In this document: positions 11,729-23,640 of the stretch, piece by piece
Layout: each line of letters starts with the position of its first letter
Position numbering within the stretch: position 1 is the first letter of the stretch
DNA from: Felis catus
Taxonomy: Eukaryota
DNA: 64,000 nt
Direction: 5' to 3'
Assembly (NCBI RefSeq): GCF_018350175.1
Contig: NC_058373.1
Location: forward strand, 107,014,001 to 107,078,000
Translations under genes and position numbers: made by a program
Notes under the pieces: generated by a model
Database searches by the model: none
What the model was told of the DNA's origin: nothing
The model's input: only the letters and a program-made list of their open reading frames with translations

Positions 11729-13038
11729 TGGAGTGATGTCAGCAAGAGGACAGAATAAAACATCCCTCATGTGTATTGCCCCCTCAAAAATAATAATTAC
11801 CATATATCCATGGGCAAAAGTGCATTTGTGAGAGCTTTGTGATCCAGGTAGGAGACTGTGAAACCCTGGTGTAGTCCAAGACTAAGAAGAGCTATTTTGA
11901 GAAGGCAGGCTCACATTCTGGTGGTTAACTCACTCTGGTCCTGACTACAGACCCAGAAATAGTTCTGTACTCCTGAGACCTCAGCTACAGCCCATTTGGC
12001 CTTGGGTCTGTTACCAGCACTATACACCAAAGGACTCAGGAGTCATGCCCACCCCTGTGTCAGGAAATAAGCATACATCCCCTGGTCCCAGCTGTGGACC
12101 CTGCAGTGGCCCGTGAACCAGCTCTAGTCCCTATGGTCGCAGTCTGGGAGCCCCTGGAGGCAAGCTTGCCACACTCATTCAGACTATAGATTCTGGAAGG
12201 GCCCCATTAACTGGGCTCGAGCCCATCCCAGCCACAGTCTCAAAGAGTCCTGCTGGCACAGGGATCCAGCAGGAGACACTCCTGTCTGTGCCCCTAAAGA
12301 TCCTGATACTTGATGGGCCTTATGCTTGGTTCCAACCCCCACGCAGCTACAGTTTATCAGCAGTACTAAGGGTCTAGTTCCCAGTGGGAGACACTCCTGT
12401 CTGCACCCAAGAAGATCCTCAAGAGCCATATACTTAGTTCTAGGTCTCTCACAGCCAAAGGCCACCAGCAGACCTGCTAGCCCTGGAGCCCCCCAAATAG
12501 GTACTCCTATATGTATCCCTAGAAATTCTAAAAGGGCCCTATACTTGGCTCCAGCCCCTCCTGCTACAGTCAGGGAGTGGTCCAGCTCACCCAGGGACCT
12601 GGTGGAAGACAAGCCCTTCTGTCCCTTCATAGCCAGGACTACAGACCTCAATCTTGATTGTGGAAACTGAAACCTCACTAAGGCTCAGTTCCAGTCCCTT
12701 CTGGCTACTAAAGTTTAGGGCCAGTCATGACTACCCACAGATCTATCCAGTGACTAGCCAGGAGGCCTCCCAGGGACCTATTGGGAGTCATACCAGTCCA
12801 CACACTTGGTAATAGAAAACAGAAATACCATATGATCCAGTAATTCCACTACTGGGTATTTAGCCCCCAAAAACAAAAATACTAATTCAAAATTATATAT
12901 GAACCCCTATGTTTATAGCTGAATTATTTACAATAACCAAATATGTAAGCAACCCAAGTGTCCACCTACAGATGAATGGATAAAGAATATATACGTATGT
13001 ATGTATGTGTGTGTGTGTGCGCGTGTGTGTGTGCGCAC

Positions 13039-13074
<36 letters not shown>

Positions 13075-13695
13075 TCACATTCAATGGAAAAAATTCAGCC
13101 CTGGAGCCCCATGTTGAGCAGAGAGTTTAAAAATAAAAATTAAAAATCCCAACCCTTTAAAAAAATTGTTTAAATGTGGTATATATATGCAATGGAATTT
13201 TTTATTCAGTCATAATAAATAACTGCTGCCATTTATGACACCGTGGAAGGACCTTGAGAGTATTATGCCGAGTGATTAAGAGAAAAACAAATATGATATG
13301 ATCTTAATTATATGAAAAATCTAAAAAAAGCCAGATCATCAAAACAGAATAGAATGATGGCTGCCAGCGGCCAGGAGATGTTGCCCAAAGGATACAAACT
13401 TCCAGTTGTAAGGTAAATAAGTTCTGGGGATTTAACACACAGCATGGTAAATATAAGAATACTGTATTATATCCTTAAAAATTGCTAAGAGAGTAAATCT
13501 TAAATGTTCTTACTACAAAAAACCCCAGTAGTTATATGAGGTGATAGATGTGCTACCTACCTAGCCTTACTGTGGCAGACACTTTAAAATACATACATGC
13601 ATCAAGCCATCATGTTTGTACACCTCAAACTTAAACAATGTTATATGTCAATTATATATCAATAAATCCAGAAGAAAAGTAAAAAAAACAACAAA
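11729..13695 (+). mobile_element. Older L1 (L1MA-like): 5'UTR-like region joined directly to ORF2 end and 3'UTR
   Basis: Starts ggagtgatgtcagcaag, GC-rich and internally repetitive to ~12812, then 'taccatatgatccag' L1 3' sequence to the A-tail. Confidence 0.65.
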
Positions 13696-13813
13696 ATAAA
13701 GTATAAAAGAGGACATAAAATATAAAAAATGATGAAAATATTTATGAAATATTTCAATATTTTTGAAAAAAAATTTATGAAAATATTTCAATTTTTTTAA
13801 TTAAGTGAAATTA

Positions 13814-13990
13814 GGGTGCCTGGATGGCTCAGAGTATCTGACTTCAGCTTAGGTCATGATCTCATGATTCCTGAATTCAAGCCCTGCATCAGGGTCACTG
13901 CTGTCAGGGCAGAGCCTGCTTTGGATACTCTGTTCCCTCTCTTTGCCCCTCCCCCACTCATGCTCTGTCTCAAAAATAAATATTTTATAA
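13814..13990 (+). mobile_element. Can-SINE
   Basis: Left TSD aattaagtgaaatta at 13799-13813. Confidence 0.88.
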
Positions 13991-14001
13991 AAATTAAGTG
14001 A

Positions 14002-14048
14002 CACACTGTAGGTTAGCCAATTTGACAATAAATTATATTTAAAAAATA

Positions 14049-14087
<39 letters not shown>

Positions 14088-14391
14088 ATAGCTAGCACTG
14101 GATTAAAAATCAAGGAAGGTTACATGAAGAAGTGGAATTGTGAAGGCCAAAATATTCCATCAATTTGAATATTTTAAACTTGGTTTTTGATGAAGAATTA
14201 GATTGATGGAGGGCAGGGGGGAGGGGAAAATAGGTGACCGGGATTGAGGAAGGCACTTGGGATGAGTACTGGGTGTTGTATATAAATGATGAATCATGGG
14301 AATCTACTCCCAAAGCCAAGAGCAATCTGTATATTATGTATGTTAGCTAACTTGACAAAAAATTGTATTTAAAAAAAATTGACCTTTGAAA
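14002..14391 (+). mobile_element. Composite L1-tail insertion (two L1 3' ends plus a unique spacer)
   Basis: TSD aaaaattaagtga at 13989-14001 and 14392-14404. Confidence 0.7.
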
Positions 14392-14604
14392 AAAAATTAA
14401 GTGAAATTATAATGCTATATAATATATTCAAAGTCTTTCAACTTGTTTTATTATATTCACTAATTACATTTAGTACTCAAGACCAGGTTATTTTATACAT
14501 AATAAAATAAACCCATACAAATATTGGGGTTTCTCCATCAGAATATAATACCCCACTACATTAGCTTTCTGAAAAAGAGAAGTCTCATATCAAATCCCCT
14601 TCAA

Positions 14605-14817
14605 GGTATGCAGGTGCCCTCTGTGCCTATTCAGCAGTTCCCTACTGAAGACTGGAGTGCTTAGCCTGCCACTGAAGACTGATCTGCAGCTCCCACTGCT
14701 CAGGCCACTGAATGGACAGGGACAACCACTGAGTGGTCTTAAGCTGCTCTTTTACAGAGGCAAACAAAATGGAAATAAGGTTGATGGAAAACAGTTTCTA
14801 AAAAATAAAAATAAATA
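14605..14817 (+). pseudogene. RPSA: 5'-truncated processed pseudogene of ribosomal protein SA (RPSA)
   Basis: Reads GMQVPSVPIQQFPTEDWSA*PATED*SAAPTAQATEWTGTTTEWS* (RPSA C-terminus with two premature stops), then a short 3'UTR and poly(A). TSD AAATCCCCTTCAA at 14592-14604 and 14818-14830. Confidence 0.93.
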
Positions 14818-15166
14818 AAATCCCCTTCAAAAGTCAATACTCCAAATTTTTCATAAGCTAATTCTCTAACTAACTATTCCCCCAGATGTTTACCTGTAAC
14901 AATTGTTATAAAGACCATTAATTGAAGCACTCTGCTATAACAATTGCCACTGACAAATTGTTTCTACCTAAGGATTCAGTAGAGCTTTATAACGAATAGG
15001 TAGACCTCCAATGGTACCGAAAGAGTACAAAGCACTGGATTTACTTTAAAAAAAAAAACAAAAAACCTCTCAACGTACAAGTTTCTGCATTTTTCAAGTA
15101 ACGTCTTTGCTACACATATCCTATTAATAAATTATAGAATTGATAAGCTTAAATTAATATATGTAC

Positions 15167-15256
15167 TTGTCTTTTTCACTAGTTTCTTGATAAACGGTAA
15201 ATTGGTCCTGCATATAGTCTTCATGTTTATGAAAAACATCACATGTTGGCTTCCAG
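15167..15256 (-). CDS. C14orf39: SIX6OS1 coding exon 4
   Basis: 90 nt, ctatag|CTGGAAG...GACAA|gtacat. Encodes WKPTCDVFHKHEDYMQDQFTVYQETSEKD. Confidence 0.95.
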
Positions 15257-15879
15257 CTATAGAAAAAAAAAATTGTAATTAGCATCTCAGAATGACAAAT
15301 TGTAAGAGATAATAAAAATGAATTTAACCATTTAAAGATAATGAATATCTTCCTGGAGAAAACAAGTTTATAACAAGAAAATATTCCCACCTCTCATCAC
15401 CACACTACCACCACTCAGACAATCATACATACACTCAAATATCAACATTGATCAATTTTTATGTAAAACCCATTGTGGAACCATGACTAAGGCAGAAGCA
15501 AATGTTACATGGTTGGACTGTGTATTGCTATGGCATTTCTAGAATATACTCTGCAACACTCCAACATCAGGCTTTCCTTCTATTTCTCATATCTTGGCTA
15601 AGAAATTCTTTGGGAATAAGGATTCAAAGAATTATAAGGCCTAAAGAGAGGCTTTTTCTCCCTTGAAACTTAGAAACTCAGATTGTTATACCCTCCTGAA
15701 CTAGAAAGAAAGAAACTAGGCCAAAATGAATTATAAAATCAGATAGTAAGAATAAAATGAATAGCTATCTTACACATTTTTTGTTTTAAGACTTGAAAAA
15801 TGTTATCAATGTGACAAATCTAAAATTTGCATATACCATGACAGCTTCCATTCTAAGTGTTGTTCAACTATTTCCTCCA

Positions 15880-18520
15880 GCTCTTTTTTCTAATCTTTTA
15901 ATATTTTTTCAGAGTCAAAAAGTTCACACTGGAAGCACAGAGAAGTATATAAGGAAATAGCTATCATCCATATTCTCAAATACAGAATAATATCTACTAC
16001 TACTGTTTTAATAAACTATTTCCAGATTTTTTAAGTACATAATTTAACATCTTTGAGATTATATTCATATATATGTGTATCCTCCTTTATCACCTTTTAA
16101 ATTATACACATTTTCCTTGTCACTTAGAATTCATTGTAAAGGTTTTAATAAATACATCATATTCCATAACTTTATCTAACAATTCCCATATTGTTGGCCA
16201 TTTTTGCTTAATCTAAGTTTTTCCATTGTAAATAGAATTTTTACTTAAATATTTGTCTGAATTTCTAACAATTTCCTTAGAAAACATTCCCAAAAATGGA
16301 ATTATAAGGTCAAAGGTTATACATACACATATTCTGAGTGTTTTAAAAATTCTGTAAGAAATACATGTTCACTGAGAAGATATTCTCTGTAAGCATGTAC
16401 ATATTGATGTACATATTCCCAGTTTATTTCTAATTATATATATATATATATACAATTACTAAGCTGGGTTCATACTATGAATGTTGTTTTATTGCTTCAT
16501 TCAGTTTGCAATATACATCTTTTCGTGTCAATAGAAAGTTAACCTCTTTCCATGTCAATAAATATACATTCATAATTTTATTGGCTGCCTACTGTTCATA
16601 TGCACATACCAAAATCCATTTAACCCATCACCTAATGTTGTACGCTAGAGTTGCTTCCAATGTTTTCCTATCATTAAAAAAGGTTGAAACAAAACACCTT
16701 GTTATACATTACATCTTTGAGAGAATGCCTAATTATTTCCTTACGAAAAATTCTCAGAAATGGACACTTTTAATCAAAAGTCGTGTTTATTTATTTTTTA
16801 AGCTTATTTATTTATTTTGAGAGAGTTGAGGAGGGACACAGACAGAGGGGGTGAGACTGAATCCCAATCAGGCTCTTCACGGTCAATGCAGAGCCTGATG
16901 CAGGGCTTAAACTCACAAATCAAGAGAACATGACCTGAGCCGAAGTTGGACACTTAACCCACTGAGCCACCCAGGTACAACAAAAGTCATGTTTATTTTT
17001 AAAGCTTTTTAAAAAAATACTGACATATCATCCAAAAGGTTTATACCAGCATACATTACTATAGTGTACAAGGTAAGTGATTTTCTTATTCCCTGGCCAA
17101 CACAAGATATTATCTTTCTTTAAATTTCTGTAAAACTTAAAGGCAAAAAGTAGCATTTTATTATTGCTTGAATTTGGATGTCTTAGATTACTAGTAAGAT
17201 TGGGCATTTATTCACATTTTTCTTAAACATACATTTCTTCATTTTGGTATTTACCTATTCCTATTTATTTTCTTTGCCCATTTTTCTAACAGGGCTTTTG
17301 CTTATTAGTTTCCACAAGTACTTTACATTTTTAAAAATAACCATTACTTGACACTTTTCCAAACTTATTCTTTTGCCTTTTATACCATTTGGGGGCATTT
17401 TTCATTTTAATTTGTGTGTAGTCACATTTATCCATTGTCTCCTCTGTAGTTTCTACTTTTGGTGACACACTTAGAAAGGTCTTCTACTCTCAAAGATTAT
17501 ACAGTCACTTACATTTCTTCTAGTACTTTCATGAATTCATATTCCACATTTTAATCTCTTAACCAGTATGGTGAAATCATGAATTAGAGGTATATCATGA
17601 TATTAAGATCTCTACTAACTGTCCTTGGAACCCAGCGAGACATTAAGCTTGTCTGAAGTACAGTACATCTTGTACTGGTTCTATAACTGGTTCTTAGAAC
17701 AGCAGATTCTAACGGGAAACTACTTTTCCAGCACCCACTGCATCTAGTTGAAGGAAACCACTGGTAAAACTTCCTACAATAAAACTTAAATCAAAATAAA
17801 AGAAAAAGTTCAATAATATATGGTTTTTTGTTGTTGATCAGATTGCCAAAAAATTTAAACAAAAATTTAAGCATAATTTCGGTGTTGGCAAGGGTATGAG
17901 GAAGCAAGAACTCTCATACACTGTTGGTGGAAGTATGAATTCATATAATCTTTTTGGAGAGCAGTTCAGCATTATCTATCAAACAGTTAAATGTGCATAC
18001 TCTTTGATCTAACAACTGCATGTCTAGAAGCTCATTCTATAGCAACAGGTCCATTAATATGGAAGGATACCAGTACATGTTGCTCATATTAGGGAAAAAC
18101 TGGAAACCTAAATGTCTATTAATAGGGGAATGGTTAAATGATATAAGATACATCAATACTATAAAATCCTATGGAGCTGTTAAAGAATTAAATCTATACA
18201 TAATCATTATATGTATAGCACAATTTACATAACATACTGTTAAATTTAAAAACTATAAGTACAGTATGATCCCATATTATAAAAAGAAAAAGTAGACATA
18301 CATATATATATATGTAATAATGATACTGAATTTTTATTGAAAAATGCCTGAAAAGATTCTCAGAATGATTAAAAATGATTTCCTTTAAGGAAGAGGACAG
18401 GGTTGAGGTGGGAACTGCAGACAGAGTAACTTTTTATTCCACACATTTGTATACTTTTTGAATTTCTATACTAGGTATGTGCTACTTTTATAAAGGGGAA
18501 AAATAAAAAAGATTTATTAA
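15880..18520. mobile_element. Old L1 (L1M-class) fragments, both orientations
   Basis: Degenerate L1 3' motifs; minus orientation to ~17560, plus orientation from ~17820. Confidence 0.55.
16786..16978 (-). mobile_element. Can-SINE
   Basis: TSD caaaagtc(g/a)tgtttattt. Confidence 0.9.
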
Positions 18521-18532
18521 AATTCTGAATAA

Positions 18533-18715
18533 CGGGTGGCTCAGTTGATTAAGCACCTGACTCCTTATTTCAGCTAGGTCATGATCTCATGATCATGGAA
18601 TCAAGCCCCACATTGGGCTCTGCATTGGGTGTGGAGCCTGCTTACAATTCTCTCTGTCCTTCTCCCTCTGCCCCTCCCCTGCCCTCAAAAGAAATAATAA
18701 AATAAAATATTTAAA
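18533..18715 (+). mobile_element. Can-SINE
   Basis: TSD tgaataac. Confidence 0.88.
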
Positions 18716-18817
18716 AATTTTTTGAATAACAATGTATTTTTAAACAAATAGGATTCTGAAATATAGTAGTTAATACAAAGACAATGGTCTGTATTAAGTA
18801 CAGAAAATTGACATTTT

Positions 18818-19044
18818 ATTTATTTATAAAAAATTTGTTAACGTTTATTTATTATTGAGAGACCGAGAGAGACACAGCATAAGCATGGGAGGGACAGAGA
18901 GAGGAGGAAACACTGAATCTGAAGCAGGCTCCAGGCTCTGAGCCGTCAGCAGAGAGCCCAACACGGGGCCTGAATTCATGAACTGCGAGATCATAACTTG
19001 AGCTGAAGTCGGATGCTTAACCGACTGAGCCACCCAGACACCCT
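18818..19044 (-). mobile_element. Felid SINEC
   Basis: Full body in reverse orientation. Confidence 0.92.
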
Positions 19045-19567
19045 GACACATTTTATTTTTGTAATATATAATAAAGTTCTATCAGTAAGCCTTTGCTTCA
19101 AAATGTTTATGTCTTATAGTAAATTTAACCATTAGGATCCAGAACCTGAAGCCATGTTGAAAGAATTCTTAACATAGTAAGTACTTTCACTTTGAAAATC
19201 AACTTATTTTAGGCTAGATTCTCCTACATAAAAATAAATCTTAAAAATTCAAATACGGAAATTGTTTCAACTTTATCCAATAGGAATTTTATATAGTGAG
19301 CCTATATTATTCAAAATTCTGCAAACTATTTGGATCTGAATTAGATCTTACAGTGCTTCTATTTTTCTTTTGATCCTCCTATGAGCCCTTTTTACAGAAG
19401 CATGTAGTAAAGCAATTTAAGACCTGATTCATTATTTTGCTAATACAAAATACTACTTTAAAGCAACAGTGTCTCCAAGTATAAAAACTATAAATTATAA
19501 ATAACAGAAACCTTAAATAAAGAATCCAGTGACAATTACTGAAAGTTCATTTCTTTCAAATACTCAC

Positions 19568-19694
19568 TTACTACAGTTGTCTTTGATCTCCTCACTATGT
19601 TTACAGTAATGACCAATTTCCTCATCTGTCGTATTTATAGTTTCATGTATCTTACAAATAGCTGCCTTGTTTTCTTTAATATCTTCAAAGCATT
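19568..19694 (-). CDS. C14orf39: SIX6OS1 coding exon 3
   Basis: 127 nt, ttttcag|AATGC...TGTAGTAA|gtgagt. Encodes (K)CFEDIKENKAAICKIHETINTTDEEIGHYCKHSEEIKDNCS. Confidence 0.93.
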
Positions 19695-20498
19695 CTGAAA
19701 AGGAGAAATGTTTATTTTCTTAAGGTAGAAGTCATAAATTCAAAATTAACAAACACAGAGGAAAAAGGGGTATGGCAACTTAGCTAAAAGGAGAGGAGTT
19801 AGAGAATGGAGAAGAGAGGTTTGAGATGGGAAGGGCCCTATACTAAAAAGCACAGAACCAGAACCAGGCTTGCTCATAGATCCAGAAGCAAAGGATCTGT
19901 GTTTGGACTGAAGAGAAGTACACTTGAAACTAATATGACACTGTATGTTAACTAACTGGAATTTAAATTAAAACTTAAAAAAAAAAAAGACCCTGTTCCT
20001 CATCTTTAACATAAGAAGGCTAGATCAAGTGATATCTAGAATCAGTGGCGTCTTATGATTGTATGCGTTCATGTAAACATTTAGTCATATGTGATACTAA
20101 CTTGTTTCGGTTTGGACAAATGTTAAATTTCCCTTCACTGATTCCGTGTCAATTAATTATTAAATACACCTTCAACTCACTTCTTTGCTACTAGTGAAAA
20201 AATACAAGATAAAAATAGAATTTCTTAAACATTAAAATAAATTATTAGCACTCATACTCCGTATTCTTTTTTGTCACAAAAAGGTAACCAAATTCTACCT
20301 TTTTAGAAATCAAGAAATTAATGGTTCTATTTTATAATAGCTTTTATGTTGGATCTTAAAATACTGTATGTATGTAATTTGCTTTGCCATTTCACTCATA
20401 ATATCATTTTTCAGAATTATTCCTGAAAATGTGGCATGCATCAATCCTGACCCCTGACTTCTGGTCATGTCTAAAAAGATTTTTAAAAATTCACTCTT

Positions 20499-20720
20499 GG
20501 GGCGCCTGGGTGGCACAGTCGGTTAAGCGTCCGACTTCAGCCAGGTCACGATCTCACGGTCCGTGGGTTTGAGCCCCTTGTCAGGCTCTGGGCTGATGGC
20601 TCAGAGCCTGGAGCCTGTTTCCGATTCTGTGTCTCCCTCTCTCTCTGCCCCTCCCCCATTCATGCTCTGTCTCTCTCTGTCCCAAAAATAAATAAACGTT
20701 GAAAAAAAAATTAAAAAAAA
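20499..20720 (+). mobile_element. Young felid SINEC
   Basis: TSD aaaaattcactc. Confidence 0.95.
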
Positions 20721-20732
20721 AATTCACTCAAA

Positions 20733-21875
20733 GGATCCAAAATATGTAAAGAACTTAGAACACTCAATACCCAAAAAACAAATAATCCAGTTAAAAAATG
20801 GACAGAAGACATGAAGAGACATTTTTCCAAAGAAGACATACAGATGGCTAATAGACACATGAAAAGATGCTCAACATCACTCATCATCAGGGAAATACAA
20901 ATCAAAACTACAATGAGCTATCACCTCACACCTGTCAGAATGGCTGAAATTAACAACACAGGAAACAACAGATGTTGGCAAAGAGGTGGAAAAAGGGGAA
21001 CCCTTCTGCACTGTTGGTGGGAATGCAAACTGGTACAGCCACTCTGGAAAACAGTATGGAGGTTCCTCAAAAAGTTAAAAATGGAACTACCCTACAATCC
21101 AGCAATTGCATAGGTATTTACCCAAAGGATTCAAAAATATTGATTCAAAGGGGCTCATGCACATCGATGTTTATAGTAGCACTATCAACAATAGTCAAAT
21201 TCTGGAAAGACCCCAAATGTCCAACAACTGATGAATGGATAAAGAATATGTGGCATATATATATAACGGAATATTCAGCCACAAAAAAGAATGAAATCTT
21301 GCCATTTGCAATGACATGGATGGAGCCAGACAGTATTATGCTGAACAAAATAAGTGAGTCAGAGAAAGACAAATACCATGGGATTTCACTCATATGTGGA
21401 ATTTAGGACACAAAACGAACACAGGGAAAATAGAGTGGGGGGAAAAACCGTAAGACGGATTCTTAACTATAGAGAATAAACTGAGGGTGGCTGGAGGGGA
21501 GGAGGCAGGGGGATGGGTTAAATGAGTGATGGGTATTAAGGACTGCACTTGTGATGAGCACTGGGTGTTGTATCTAAGTGATGAACCACTAAATCCTACA
21601 CCTAAAACTAATACTACACTGTATGTTAACTAACTGGAATTTAAATAAAAACCTGAGGGGTACCTGAGTGGCTCAGTAGGTTATGCGTCCAACTCTGGAC
21701 TTCTGCTCAGCTCATGAGCCCAAGGTGGGGAGGAAGCCTGGCATCAGGCTCCCCATGCTTAAAATTCTCTGTCTCCCTCTGCTGCTCTTCCCCACTTGCA
21801 CTCACACTCTCTCTCTCAAATAAAATAGATTAAAAATAAATACAAACTTGAAACTACAAAAAAGAACATAAATTT
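20733..21875 (+). mobile_element. Carnivore L1 3' portion (ORF2 C-terminus + 3'UTR)
   Basis: ORF 20811..21113 [32 protein letters not shown]...[16 protein letters not shown]. Confidence 0.92.
21656..21845 (+). mobile_element. Can-SINE in the L1 tail
   Basis: ggggtacctgagtggctcag head. Confidence 0.82.
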
Positions 21876-21976
21876 AAAAATAAAACCAAAAATTTTTCAA
21901 TAAAATGTTTGAAGTAACTGGTGTTGTCTGAGAAAAAAAACATATTTTTAACTGCACTGAATTAAGGGGTTATTTC

Positions 21977-22124
21977 TTAATTTTTATTTTTGAGAGAGAA
22001 AGAGTGTTGAGTGGGGGAGGGACAGAGAGAGAGGGAGACACAGAATTCTCCAGGCTCTGAGCTGTCAGCACAGAGGCCCAAGCAGGGCTCACACTCATGA
22101 AGTGCAAGATCATGACCTGGGCCA
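21977..22124 (-). mobile_element. 5'-truncated SINEC
   Basis: TSD aaggggttatttct. Confidence 0.88.
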
Positions 22125-22349
22125 AAGGGGTTATTTCTGCTTAAAGCAAAATTCTTCAACACAGAATAATTAAATGCTGAATACAGAAATTTATTATTGA
22201 GAATCTGTAGTTCAGGCAAATAGCATTAGTCACTAGATAGAACTGGCACAAAAGTTATAATGCCAACTGTAAGTTGGCAACTGCATTATTATCTTATATG
22301 CCATAAAAAATTTAAAAACTAAATACCTTTATCATGCCAAATGACTTAC

Positions 22350-22406
22350 TGTTAATCCGTTGAATCATATCTTCTTTAGTACTTATATCTTGCTCATACT
22401 GGAAAA
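22350..22406 (-). CDS. C14orf39: SIX6OS1 coding exon 2
   Basis: 57 nt, ttttag|TTTTCC...TTAACA|gtaagt. Encodes (V)FQYEQDISTKEDMIQRIN. Confidence 0.95.
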
Positions 22407-22500
22407 CTAAAATAAATAATTTTGTGACTTCACTTCGTTGTTAAATGTTAAATAATAATACAAATAGTTACCCATTTCTTTATTTTCATTTTATACCTAC

Positions 22501-22549
22501 CAAATTCTAGCAAAAGCCTGTCCAAACTGACAAATAGGCTGTCATCCAT
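22501..22549 (-). CDS. C14orf39: SIX6OS1 first coding exon (start codon at 22549)
   Basis: ccaagATGGAT...GAATTTG|gtaggt. Encodes MDDSLFVSLDRLLLEF (human MNDSLFVSLDRLLLEF as recalled); acceptor AGs lie 8 and 13 nt upstream of the ATG. Confidence 0.95.
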
Positions 22550-23049
22550 CTTGGATGCTACACTAAAAAACACAAAAATATTTATAAGAAGAAATTTCTG
22601 AAGCCATATGCAAAACAGCATATATTCATTCGGTAGCAAACTTTCTAATCAGACATTATTACAGAAAAATATGGGGTGGGGGGCAAGCACTGGGAAGGGG
22701 AGGAACACCTTCAGTCCAGTACTGGGCACTTAATACTTGCTGAATGTCGCTGCACGACTGAAATACCTGGGGGGCGGAGAGAGCCTTAATAATTGTTTAT
22801 ATGTGGTATTGCAATAAGTCATTGAATCTTCTGGAGTCCACAGACACCAAGACTTCCCAAAACGACACGCCTTTGAAAATAACTAGTATCTGAATATGTC
22901 CTTTCTTGGCGTGTGTACTACTACGCGTAGCAAGAGTCCTAAACAAAGTCCTTTACCAACAGCAAGGTAAAACCCAGGAAGAGTGCAATTTTACCCTTAG
23001 GAATTTACCACCAGGACTCCAAAAAGCGGAGGTTTTCACAAGACTGCCA

Positions 23050-23640
23050 ATTCGCATTACAAAATACGCCTGAGGCGGGGCGTCGCTTCACTCCTAACTC
23101 GCAGATTCAAGGAGCCACTCTTCCCGCGCGTTTTGAAGCGGGAGGTTGGCTCGGGACCAACACCCTTACAGCCATCGAGCCTCCCCTCACCCGGGGCCAC
23201 CCCCAACCCCCCAACCCACGCGCCATCAAACCCCCACGCGACCTCTGGTCGAACTCTGGGGACAGGGCCCGCCCGCCCCCCAAATCCCTCAGAGCCGCTC
23301 GCCCAGGGAATAACCGCCACATACAGACAGTTCCCTTTCCCGCCCACCTCAAGTTTCCCTCCGGGACCCGAACATCCACGCCCTTCCTTCTCCGGGTCCC
23401 ACACTTTATTCTGGGTCCGGAGCCCGGGGTACTCGACGCGTACCCGGACACTGAAAAGCCGACGGCAGTCCCGCCTCGGCCCCACCCAGCCCCGCGAGAC
23501 CCCGCGAAGCCGAGAACGGGAGCCGCAGATCGCGCTGAAGAGCGAGATTAAACTCCCCGCGAGACCAGTGCTGCGGCCATCACCCCTTCCCCTGGGGCGA
23601 GGAGAGAACCCAACACCCTAAACCCCCAGGAGTGGTGCTG
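23050..23640 (-). promoter_or_regulatory. C14orf39: CpG-rich promoter and probable non-coding first exon of SIX6OS1
   Basis: Sharp GC/CpG-rich island in AT-rich DNA, 0.5-1 kb upstream of the first coding exon. Contains several TCCCGC motifs and candidate minus-strand donors (e.g. CGG|gtacgc at 23444/23443). Exact TSS cannot be determined. Confidence 0.75.

Noticed and set aside
12184..12678. 164-aa and 114-aa ORFs
   Set aside because: Lie within L1 5'UTR-like repeat sequence.
23057..23621. ORFs of 114-162 aa at the SIX6OS1 promoter
   Set aside because: GC-content artefacts with no homology I recognise.
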